Source: a virus
Virus record (IMG/VR): IMGVR_UViG_3300033146_000850
Location: 32,001 to 96,000 of that record
Length of the DNA: 64,000 bases
Strand: one strand, 5' to 3'
Positions 50,053 to 59,079 of this stretch are shown here, piece by piece. The translations under genes and the position numbers were made by a program. Position 1 is the first letter of the stretch. The number at the start of each line of letters is the position of its first letter. The notes beneath the pieces were generated by a model. It was not told the DNA's origin and did no database searches. It saw only the letters and a program-made list of their open reading frames with translations.

Positions 50053-50757
50053 ATGGGGAATAAAAGACCTACAAAATATTTACAAGGGGTTTATAGACCT
50101 AGACATCCTGAAAAATATAAAGGTAATATTAATGATATAATATATAGAAGCAGTTATGAATTACAATTTATGCATTATTGTGACTCAAACCCATCAATTA
50201 TACATTGGGGGTCAGAAGAAGTTGTTATACCATACCTTAAACCCACAGATAATAGGATTCATAAATATTATCTTGATTTTTGGATAGAATATATATCAAA
50301 TGAATATGAACAACAAGATGATTATTGGGAAGAAATAATTGAATCAAATTATACGGAAGACCAAAAAATACAAATACAACTAATTAAAGAGGGTAAACAC
50401 CCTAAAATAAAACCAATAATAAATATTGTGAAAATACCTAATAATGAAATAGGCAAAGTCAATGATATATATTTATCTGAAACAACAGGTGTTCTATTTA
50501 TTAAAAAACAAGGAAAATACGTGACTGATAAGAATGGGGAACGAATTGGAAAAATAAAAAAAGCAATAATAGAAATAAAACCACATATTCAAACAGAAAG
50601 ACCCAAAAAACAATCAAGAATAACTGAATCTTATAAGAAAAAATGTATAACTTACAGTATAAATAATGCTAAATGGGATGCTGCTGAACAATTTGCAACA
50701 AAACATAATATGGAGTTCATAATAATAACAGAAAAATGGTTAAAAAATATAAAATGA
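50053..50757 (+). CDS. gp4: Head completion nuclease (T4 gp4-like, TnsA-like) with internal insertion
   Basis: YRPRHPEKYKG...YRSSYE..FM.YCD...WGSEEVVIPY...YYLDF...IEIKP...NNAKWDAA...ITE. Confidence 0.88.
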   Translation: MGNKRPTKYLQGVYRPRHPEKYKGNINDIIYRSSYELQFMHYCDSNPSIIHWGSEEVVIPYLKPTDNRIHKYYLDFWIEYISNEYEQQDDYWEEIIESNYTEDQKIQIQLIKEGKHPKIKPIINIVKIPNNEIGKVNDIYLSETTGVLFIKKQGKYVTDKNGERIGKIKKAIIEIKPHIQTERPKKQSRITESYKKKCITYSINNAKWDAAEQFATKHNMEFIIITEKWLKNIK

Positions 50758-51149
50758 TAAAGAATAAAATAATAAAAAATAGCATATGGAAAATTGATTG
50801 GGATAATAAACAATTAATATTATTAAACAATGATTCAATATACTTTTTACCAATTAAAGGGAAAACAGGGGTAATATTAGATGTGAGTGATTTACCAACA
50901 TCTATAAAAAAAATGATTATTAAACAATTTATAGTTCAAAAAAATATAATTAAAAAGAAAAAGTCATATAGACATAAAAAATCTAATAGTTTCCCAATAT
51001 TGCAACAAATTCTATCTTTTGCAATCAATCTACCAAATAATTCAATAAATTTAAACGATAGAATCACTATATTTAAATACAGTGATGAAAAATCTCTTGA
51101 TTTTAGTGTTAGAGAAAAAATAAATTATATATTGCAAAGTTATAAATAA
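50736..51149 (+). CDS. Hypothetical basic protein
   Basis: ORF overlapping the gp4 end. Confidence 0.45.
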   Translation: MVKKYKMIKNKIIKNSIWKIDWDNKQLILLNNDSIYFLPIKGKTGVILDVSDLPTSIKKMIIKQFIVQKNIIKKKKSYRHKKSNSFPILQQILSFAINLPNNSINLNDRITIFKYSDEKSLDFSVREKINYILQSYK

Positions 51150-51185
51150 TTATAGAAATTAGAACCAATAATAAGGAGAAATACT

Positions 51186-52163
51186 ATGTCAATTACAGTT
51201 ACATCAAATAAAACTTTCAATATTCCACAGGATATTAGGGATATTCAAGGAGGTTCAACAGCAAGAATTAAGCGTATATCGGCAGATGGTGTTATACCAG
51301 TGGTATTAGAGGGTACTGCAAATTTAAATATTCATGATGATATTAAAAACGGAAGATATATTTGTCTTCAAGAGGGTGCAACCCTGGATACTATAATTAG
51401 TAAGAGAATTGAGTCAGTAAACCTTAAACCAAATATAGCAACTGGAATTGTGGAAATTGACCCATCAAATAAATCGATTGTAATAGGAACAGGTACAACT
51501 TTTACAACTGAATTATATGAAACAACATATATTGAAATTGATGGACATAAAAAATATATCAAAACAATTATTGATGATACACATCTTGAAATTTATAATA
51601 AATTTACAGAAGATATATATGATGAGCAACAATTAACATACTTCACAGTTGAAATAACATTACAAAACCCTAGAGGTGAACATTGGGATACATTCCCAAC
51701 AACTGACACATTGTGTTTATGGACAATTAAAGATAATACCAGATATTTGAGTGATTTTAAAATCGAATTATATTATATGATTCAAAGCAAAACAGCAAAT
51801 CAAATAGTATTTGACATATCTTATACTCCAAATGGAGCAGTAGATATGAAATTAGAAAGAGCTTCATATCAACACGATTTAACACAGGAGAATTTTAGAA
51901 CTCACGATATATTTAATGATGATTCATATATATACGAGGCAAAAGATACATCTGGTACATACACTAAAAACATCTATACGTGGACTAATACAGGGGCTGG
52001 GTCTAAAGTATCGCTTAGAAGTGAATTAGGGGTTACACTAGAAGACCAATTGATAAAAATGGTAATATACCCTGACGGTATGGCTGATGACTCTATCATT
52101 AATGTTGATGTTAAAGAGAATACATTAGGTAAAAGATTTACAGCTAATTTTAGTAGGGTTTAA
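51186..52163 (+). CDS. Virion structural protein
   Basis: TATAAATA at 51141 and AAGGAG RBS; VIGTGTTFTTEL...IIDDTHL module common in T4-like structural proteins. Confidence 0.55.
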   Translation: MSITVTSNKTFNIPQDIRDIQGGSTARIKRISADGVIPVVLEGTANLNIHDDIKNGRYICLQEGATLDTIISKRIESVNLKPNIATGIVEIDPSNKSIVIGTGTTFTTELYETTYIEIDGHKKYIKTIIDDTHLEIYNKFTEDIYDEQQLTYFTVEITLQNPRGEHWDTFPTTDTLCLWTIKDNTRYLSDFKIELYYMIQSKTANQIVFDISYTPNGAVDMKLERASYQHDLTQENFRTHDIFNDDSYIYEAKDTSGTYTKNIYTWTNTGAGSKVSLRSELGVTLEDQLIKMVIYPDGMADDSIINVDVKENTLGKRFTANFSRV

Positions 52164-52176
52164 AGGGGATTTTAAT

Positions 52177-53862
52177 ATGAGTATGTTTAATTTTATGAAT
52201 AAATTGAAAAGCCATAAAACAGTAGAAGACAAAATGGATAGAATTATCGATAAAGGTTTTAAACGAAACAATGCCGATACATCCAAGAATAAAGAATATA
52301 CTACTGAATTTGGTGAATATTATGGGAAAGATGGTTCAATTAGAATAGATGGTTTTATGAATGAGGCTACTAATTATCTAACATCTAATGTGTATGACCT
52401 CGAACATAAACAAGCAATTGAAAAATATAGATATATGTCAACTCTACCAGAGGTTGATGATGCAATTGAAGAAGTTGTAAATGAAGCCATCGTTAATGAT
52501 GAACTTGAAGATGATATGGTTAAAATTAGTTTTAAAGGTGATGAAATAGGTGAAAATTTACAAGATGTAATACAAGAAGAATTTGAATATGTTAGGGATA
52601 TATTGTTGGATTTTAAAAATAATGGTCAAAAACTATTTAGGCAATGGTATATAGATGGATGTTTATATTTAGAGAAAGTATTTAACCCTGAGAACGTTCG
52701 TAAAGGAATATTAAAAATAAATCCATTGGATAGTCAATACGTAACATATTATACTGTATTGGATGATGACACGAGCAAAAATGGTAAACATTATTCTATG
52801 GATAGTTTCTACAAGGAATCAATTGTTGATGAGTTCTTTATAGTTAAAAAACCTAATTTTTCATCTAATTATTATAACACTAATAATATGATGTTCAACA
52901 TACCTAGAAGTGGGTCATCAGTGGATAGTATGCAATCCAAAAGAGTTCCTATTGAACTAATAACATATATTGATTCAGGTCTTTACCATCCGAAAAAATA
53001 TTATCCATACTCACATTTACACAAAGCATTAAAAGTTTCAAACCAACTAACATTATTAGAAGATGCTCTATTAATATATCGTATAACTAGAGCACCTGAA
53101 CGAAGAATATTTTTTATAGAAGTAGGTAATATGCCTGCGAATAAAGCTGAGGAATATATTAATAAATTAATGAGACAATACCGTCAAGAAAAGGTATATG
53201 ATGTTAATACTGGACAAATAAATGAAAAAGGTGCTTTTATGGCTATGACCGAGGACTTTTGGTTGCCTAGACGAAACGGACAATCAACTACAGAGGTTAC
53301 AACCTTACAAGGTGGTCAAAATTTATCAGAAGTTGAAGATTTAAATTATTTTGCCAATAAAATATGGAGAGCTTTGAAGGTTCCATATACAAGAAGAGCA
53401 GATAAAGAAAATAATGGTGTTCAATTTAACAGTGGTAGAGAATTAACTATTGAAGAATTGAAATTTTTTAAATTCATATTAAAACTTAGAAAAGAGTTTT
53501 CTAGAATTTTTGATGATTTATTAACTACACAATTAATATCTAAACGTATAATCAATGCAGATGAAGTTGATGATGTAGTTTCAAAATTAAAATATATTTA
53601 TAATAATGATAATTATTTTTCACAATTTTTAAAATTAGATATTTTATCCCAAAGATTAGATGTTTTGAATAATATAGACCAATATGTAGGTAAATATTTC
53701 TCAATAGAGTATGTATATAAAGATATATTTGAAATGTCAGATGAAGAAATTAAAAATATGAGAGATTCAATAGAAAAGGATAAAGAAATGGGTGCAACAG
53801 AAGATATTGATGACAATAATATGGGTAGTGGACAAGATGATTTACCACCACCTCCAAGATAA
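52177..53862 (+). CDS. gp20: Portal protein (T4 gp20-like)
   Basis: YR.M..PEVDDAIEEVVNE, FRQWYIDG, LEDALLIYRITRAPERRIF.IEVGNMP, EDFWLPRR and ELKF.KFI. Confidence 0.97.
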   Translation: MSMFNFMNKLKSHKTVEDKMDRIIDKGFKRNNADTSKNKEYTTEFGEYYGKDGSIRIDGFMNEATNYLTSNVYDLEHKQAIEKYRYMSTLPEVDDAIEEVVNEAIVNDELEDDMVKISFKGDEIGENLQDVIQEEFEYVRDILLDFKNNGQKLFRQWYIDGCLYLEKVFNPENVRKGILKINPLDSQYVTYYTVLDDDTSKNGKHYSMDSFYKESIVDEFFIVKKPNFSSNYYNTNNMMFNIPRSGSSVDSMQSKRVPIELITYIDSGLYHPKKYYPYSHLHKALKVSNQLTLLEDALLIYRITRAPERRIFFIEVGNMPANKAEEYINKLMRQYRQEKVYDVNTGQINEKGAFMAMTEDFWLPRRNGQSTTEVTTLQGGQNLSEVEDLNYFANKIWRALKVPYTRRADKENNGVQFNSGRELTIEELKFFKFILKLRKEFSRIFDDLLTTQLISKRIINADEVDDVVSKLKYIYNNDNYFSQFLKLDILSQRLDVLNNIDQYVGKYFSIEYVYKDIFEMSDEEIKNMRDSIEKDKEMGATEDIDDNNMGSGQDDLPPPPR

Positions 53863-53909
53863 TCAATATAAAAATCATAAATAATTAATAACAAAACTAA
53901 ATTAGAGGG

Positions 53910-54941
53910 TTGAAACATATGAAACTCAATAAAAATAATATTATTAAACAGTTGGATGATATTTTTGAATCTCAAATGAAAACCTTTTTAGATGAAAAAG
54001 AATGGAATGAATATGAAAAATTAAAAACTCAAAAAGAAAATGTTAAAAAAATAACAGGATTAGAAGTTAAAATGTTTTATAAGAATGATATTACAAACAT
54101 TGATGAATTTATGATTAAACATATAAACAATAGTAAAAAACAATTTAAAAATGCATTAAATGAAAATGGTAAATCTATAATTGTATTATATAAAAAGGGA
54201 CGAACTTGTTTAGTTGATGGTAGATGGGATAAATGTGAAGAATACTTAATAAACACGAAAAAAGGAATAAGATTAGGGGTATATAAAGAGGGTTTATGTG
54301 GATTTATAGATGATACAGGTAAAATAAAAGTTAAACCAGTATACTCAAAAATAAAAGGGGATGATGGTATAATAACACCTATACACGAAAAAATGTTTTG
54401 GGTTAAAAAACACGGTAATGACAATTTTTCATATGGTTTGGTTTCGTGTGAAGGAAAAGAACTAACTCCATTTGAATTTTCACCAATAGGTAAAAAATTT
54501 TTTAAATTTGGATTGAAGGAATATATACTAGGTCAAACTAAAAAAGGGGATGGTGTATATTCTATATCTAACAAGAAATTCATAATACCAGAGGGATTAT
54601 ATAGTAAAATAATAACAAATACAACAAAAAAAATATTCATTATAAAAACTAAAAATAATAAATTTGGAGTTATTAAAAATGACGTTGTAATAGTTAAACC
54701 CGAATATGACCAACTAAATGTATTAGAAAATAATACATTTCAAGTGACTAAAAATAAAAAAATAGGGGTGATTAATGAAAAAGGTGAACAGGTTATACCA
54801 CTAATATATGAAAAAATAGTATCTTATGATAAAAATAATTCAGAATTGACATTAACAACAACAGAAAATAATAATCAACTATATGATGTGTTTAATACAC
54901 ACGGTAAACGGATTCGTCACGCAATTAAAGGAGGCATATAA
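53910..54941 (+). CDS. WG-repeat protein between portal and protease
   Basis: GLCGFIDDTGKIKVKPVY, YGLVSCEGKELTP, KFGVI...VKPEYD and KIGVINEKGEQVIPLIYE; CATAAATA at 53876. Confidence 0.7.
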   Translation: MKHMKLNKNNIIKQLDDIFESQMKTFLDEKEWNEYEKLKTQKENVKKITGLEVKMFYKNDITNIDEFMIKHINNSKKQFKNALNENGKSIIVLYKKGRTCLVDGRWDKCEEYLINTKKGIRLGVYKEGLCGFIDDTGKIKVKPVYSKIKGDDGIITPIHEKMFWVKKHGNDNFSYGLVSCEGKELTPFEFSPIGKKFFKFGLKEYILGQTKKGDGVYSISNKKFIIPEGLYSKIITNTTKKIFIIKTKNNKFGVIKNDVVIVKPEYDQLNVLENNTFQVTKNKKIGVINEKGEQVIPLIYEKIVSYDKNNSELTLTTTENNNQLYDVFNTHGKRIRHAIKGGI

Positions 54942-55681
54942 TGACAAACCTAAAAACATTGATTGAACATTTTATAAATATCAATCCCAGAAATGACAAA
55001 CTCAAACCGTTAACAGAAACAATTGGACATAATAACTTTAATGCGTGTGAAATTATCACCGAAGATGTTGCTGGAATAGGACAACAAGTATATATCCAAG
55101 GTATTTTTTCAGAATTTAATACTAAAAATCAAAACGGAAGAATATATCCAAGAAATATTATGGAGCCTGAAATTATAAGATTTTATGAAAAATATGTTAA
55201 AACGAATAGAGCATTAGGTGAACTAGACCATCCAGATGGTCCTACAATCAATTTAGACAACGTATCTCATCGGATAGTTGACTTATGGTTCGAGGGGGAT
55301 AAAGTTTACGGTAAAGCATTAATAGGTGGTCCGAAAGGGGACGATGTTAAATCTATTTTAAAAATGGGTGGTGTACTAGGTGTATCATCACGGTCATTAG
55401 GCTCATTAAATCATAGAAATGAAGTTGATGAACTTCAAATTATAACTTGGGATATCGTTCACGAACCATCAGTAGCAAGTGCAATAATGACGGATTTAAC
55501 AGAGTCAATTAAACACAACAAACCGTTCGATTGGGTCAATGATAATACAGGGTTTATAACTGAAAATATTAAAAAAGAATTTAAAATCATAAATAACAAT
55601 ATGTTACTTACAAAAGAAGAGCGTGAGGATTATGCTGGACTGTATATTAAAAATTTTTTTAATAAACTATACAATGGGTAA
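54941..55681 (+). CDS. gp21: Prohead core protease (T4 gp21-like)
   Basis: YIQGIF...NQNGRIYP, RALGELDHP, VSHRI, GVSSRSLGSL and DIVHEPS. Confidence 0.95.
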   Translation: MTNLKTLIEHFININPRNDKLKPLTETIGHNNFNACEIITEDVAGIGQQVYIQGIFSEFNTKNQNGRIYPRNIMEPEIIRFYEKYVKTNRALGELDHPDGPTINLDNVSHRIVDLWFEGDKVYGKALIGGPKGDDVKSILKMGGVLGVSSRSLGSLNHRNEVDELQIITWDIVHEPSVASAIMTDLTESIKHNKPFDWVNDNTGFITENIKKEFKIINNNMLLTKEEREDYAGLYIKNFFNKLYNG

Positions 55682-55704
55682 TATTTATTAACAAGGAGGG
55701 CAGA

Positions 55705-57351
55705 ATGGCTAACAAAAAAAAGACAAGCAAGGGTAAGACTATTAGTAGAACACCCGAAGCTTCAATTCAAAATGCCAAGTCTAACATGAAGACTGACATT
55801 AAGCCAGGTATTAACAGTGAGATAAAAGACATTGTTAATGACATCCTAAATGGTAATCTTAAAAAAGTCATGCATTCAGACATCGCCAAGAAGATTGGTA
55901 TTAAAGAAAATGATGAAACGAATCTTGATGAAAAAGAATTAATTCTTGGTGGAAAAAAAGTATCTAATGATTTGGATGATGATTCTATGCAAGAAAAAGA
56001 AAACCTTGAAGATGTTGGCGAAGAAGATTTAGAAGAAAGTCACAGCAACGTGACTGATTTGATTTCTACCGTAGATAATTTTAAAAACAAAGCTGATAAT
56101 GCAACATTATCAACATCTAAACCATTATCCGAGGATGAAAAGGTTGAGGATGATGCCGATGTTGAGTTGAAATTATCTGAAATGGGTTACGGTGCGGATG
56201 ACGATGAAGTTGTATCAAAAGAGACTGGTATGGATGGTGTTGAGGATGAAGTGGAATTAGACCTTAGTTCTGTTGGATACGATGTTTCAGAGGAAGAACT
56301 CGAACTTGACCAATCTAATGAATTAGTTAAGGAAGAGGATGACGAACAAGACCCTGAAATGAGTCCTGCCGAAGATGAAACTGAAATGAGTTCAGTTGAA
56401 GGTGACGTTGAGATGGGTTCAGTTGAAGGTGACACTGAAATTGATTCAGTTGAAGGTGACGTTGAAATGGGTTCAGTTGAAGGTGACGTTGAAATGGGTT
56501 CAGTTGAAGGTGACACTGAAACACCTGAGGTAGAAGTTTCACAAATGGGTTATGAACAATTGTCAGATGAAGACAAAGCAGTTGTTGACGAAGCTATTCG
56601 AGAAGCTGATTCAATTAGAAAACAAATGAGTGCAGAGTTAGCTGGGATAGATGAATCAATTCTCCCTAAAGAGAAAAAAGAAAAACTTGAAGTTTATTTT
56701 GAAATGTTAACTGATGAAAAAGCAAAAATCATATCTAAAAAAACTGTAGCCAATGTTATTGAACATACAGATGCATATATGAAACGTGTAGTTAGTGATT
56801 TTGTTAAATCAAAACAATCTGAAATTAAAGAAGCAATTGAAAGCACTAAAAAAGCTGAAATATTTGAGGACTTTAAATATATGGTTGAAAAATTATACGG
56901 AACATCTACTACTGATATTTTAGAATCTAAGAAAACAGAAGAGTTTCTTATTAATGTTATTTCAGAAATGAAAAAAACAAATAGCAAACTTGAAAAAAGA
57001 TTAGTAGAATCTAAAAATGTAGTTGATAAAATGAGATGTACATTGATATTCAACGAAGCTACAAAAAATATGATTTATACAGATAAAGAAAGGGTTGCTG
57101 AATTTATGGAATCTTTTGATTATTCAACATCTAAAGATTTTAAAAATAAATTAGATATAGTTATTGAAAAAATTATTTCTTTAAATGAGAATAAAAAAAC
57201 AGTTAAAGATATCAAAAAAACAACAACCAGAACGTTAAATATCAATGAGAAAAAGATTTCTAACGCTGTAAAGAAACAAAAGTTGAATGAAACAAATGTA
57301 GATATTGTTGAAGAAATAGACCCTAATAAGTTTAATAGTAGTTTTTTTTAA
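55705..57351 (+). CDS. gp22: Prohead scaffolding protein (T4 gp22-like) with acidic repeats
   Basis: Lies between protease and major capsid; very acidic N-half and coiled-coil C-half. Confidence 0.75.
   Translation: MANKKKTSKGKTISRTPEASIQNAKSNMKTDIKPGINSEIKDIVNDILNGNLKKVMHSDIAKKIGIKENDETNLDEKELILGGKKVSNDLDDDSMQEKENLEDVGEEDLEESHSNVTDLISTVDNFKNKADNATLSTSKPLSEDEKVEDDADVELKLSEMGYGADDDEVVSKETGMDGVEDEVELDLSSVGYDVSEEELELDQSNELVKEEDDEQDPEMSPAEDETEMSSVEGDVEMGSVEGDTEIDSVEGDVEMGSVEGDVEMGSVEGDTETPEVEVSQMGYEQLSDEDKAVVDEAIREADSIRKQMSAELAGIDESILPKEKKEKLEVYFEMLTDEKAKIISKKTVANVIEHTDAYMKRVVSDFVKSKQSEIKEAIESTKKAEIFEDFKYMVEKLYGTSTTDILESKKTEEFLINVISEMKKTNSKLEKRLVESKNVVDKMRCTLIFNEATKNMIYTDKERVAEFMESFDYSTSKDFKNKLDIVIEKIISLNENKKTVKDIKKTTTRTLNINEKKISNAVKKQKLNETNVDIVEEIDPNKFNSSFF
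56380..56514 (+). repeat. Five 27-nt coding repeats ((V/T)E(M/I)xSVEGD)
   Basis: TTCAGTTGAAGGTGAC recurs with a 27-nt period. Confidence 0.9.
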
Positions 57352-57377
57352 TAAGAATTTTGTAAAGGAGATACGTA

Positions 57378-58952
57378 ATGGAAAAATCTAAAAAAACACA
57401 TCTTTTAAAAAAGTGGAATAAAGTTTTAAATCACCCACTAGCTAAAAAGATTGACGAAAGAAAAAAAGGCGTTGTTGCCTCAATGTTAGAGAATCAATTG
57501 GGATTCGTAGAAAAAAAATTAGAAAGGATTAATGAAGACATGTCTTTTGGTAATCACGTAGGTGTTAGCGATGTTAATACTTATGATTCAATCCTTATAC
57601 CTCTTCTTCGTAGGGTTGCACCTGACCTCATCGCTTTAGACATTTTAGGTACACAGCCTATGGATAAACCAACACAACTCATTTTCGCTATGAGAGCTCA
57701 TTATGCAGGTAATGAAGGTTCAAATAACGAATACCCACTCCCAAATGTTCCAGGTAGTAGATTACCTTATGATGCACAAGAAAATAGTGGTGCTACTCAA
57801 TATTATGAAATATTACAGGTTAATAATGTGTCATCTGTTAATCCAGCTTCACATTTTAATGTTGGTGATGTCGTTGCTAATGATTGGACAGGTGGAACTC
57901 CAACTAAATATGGTTTAGTTCTCTATTCTGGAAAAGATATCGCTAATGATAGATTGACATTATTAGTTGAAAGACTTGATAGTGGTCAAAAATCACATAG
58001 ACAAGGTACTTATAATGGAACACCTACACCATTTTTCACTAAAAGTGATAAAATAGTTCCTTTCATTGCTGACCCTAGCTGGGGAGTTGAACCTGTTGTA
58101 TATTTCGATTTACCTGATGAAAGTATGTATAATGCTGTTCTTCAATCTTATTCAGGAACTTATCAGACAGAAGTTGCAGAACAAATGGGTAAAGAAATCA
58201 ATCAGATGAATTTTAGTGTTGATAAAGTTACAGTAACAGCTAGAAATAGAATACTCAAGGCTAGATATACATTTGAAGTTGCAGAAGACCTTAAAGCTTA
58301 TCATGGATTAGATGCAGAGAATGAATTGGTTAATATTCTTAGCTATGAAATTCTTACTGAAATGAACCGTGAAATAGTTGATAGAATTAAATTAGCATCT
58401 ATTCAAGGCGGAACTAGACCTTTCGTTTATAATGATGCTGATGGTAGATGGTCACAAGAAAGATTTAGAACTCTTTATAATTTAATTAACAAAGTTGCTA
58501 ATGAAATCGCTATCTCTACACGTAGAGGTAATGGTAACTTCATTATATGCTCTATGGATGTTAAAACTGCTCTTGAATCACTTGATGGTTATGAACTTTG
58601 GACTGATGTTAACAAAGACTTCAATGCTAATAGTGCTGTTGCTTATGCTGGTACAATTGGTGGACGTTTTAAAGTATATATCGATACTTTTGCAACCAAA
58701 GATTTCGCAATCGTTGGTTATAAAGGTGAGTCAGAAATGGATGCTGGATTATTTTACTGCCCATACGTACCATTGAATATGGTTAAGGCGATAGGACAGG
58801 ATGATTTTCAACCTAGAATCGGTTTTAGGACTAGATATGGTCTAGGTGAGAATCCATTCGGAGCTAAACTTTACTATAGATACGTTGATATTGGTGGACT
58901 TAGTTATGCATACAGTGACGGACCAATCTCTGTTAAATTTGAAAATATTTAA
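57378..58952 (+). CDS. gp23: Major capsid protein (T4 gp23-like)
   Basis: LIPLLRRVAPDLIA.D..G.QPM..PT..IFAMR, R.LKA.YT.E.AEDLKA.HGLDAE.EL, GLFYCPYVPL and FQPRIGFRTRYG. Confidence 0.98.
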   Translation: MEKSKKTHLLKKWNKVLNHPLAKKIDERKKGVVASMLENQLGFVEKKLERINEDMSFGNHVGVSDVNTYDSILIPLLRRVAPDLIALDILGTQPMDKPTQLIFAMRAHYAGNEGSNNEYPLPNVPGSRLPYDAQENSGATQYYEILQVNNVSSVNPASHFNVGDVVANDWTGGTPTKYGLVLYSGKDIANDRLTLLVERLDSGQKSHRQGTYNGTPTPFFTKSDKIVPFIADPSWGVEPVVYFDLPDESMYNAVLQSYSGTYQTEVAEQMGKEINQMNFSVDKVTVTARNRILKARYTFEVAEDLKAYHGLDAENELVNILSYEILTEMNREIVDRIKLASIQGGTRPFVYNDADGRWSQERFRTLYNLINKVANEIAISTRRGNGNFIICSMDVKTALESLDGYELWTDVNKDFNANSAVAYAGTIGGRFKVYIDTFATKDFAIVGYKGESEMDAGLFYCPYVPLNMVKAIGQDDFQPRIGFRTRYGLGENPFGAKLYYRYVDIGGLSYAYSDGPISVKFENI

Positions 58953-58974
58953 GTTTTACTTTAGTTTCTCCCAG

Positions 58975-59004
58975 AAGCCTTTCTTCGGAAAGGCTTTTTT
59001 TTTT
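58975..59004 (+). terminator. Rho-independent terminator with C(UUCG)G tetraloop
   Basis: AAGCCTTTC-TTCG-GAAAGGCTT plus a long T run after the capsid gene. Confidence 0.92.
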
Positions 59005-59012
59005 CTAAAAAC

Positions 59013-59041
59013 TTGACATTATCATAATTAATATATATACT
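59013..59041 (+). promoter_or_regulatory. Sigma70-type promoter for the endonuclease gene
   Basis: TTGACA-17 nt-TATACT. Confidence 0.65.
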
Positions 59042-59079
59042 ATAATAGTAAATTATAAACTAATAAAAATGATAATATA

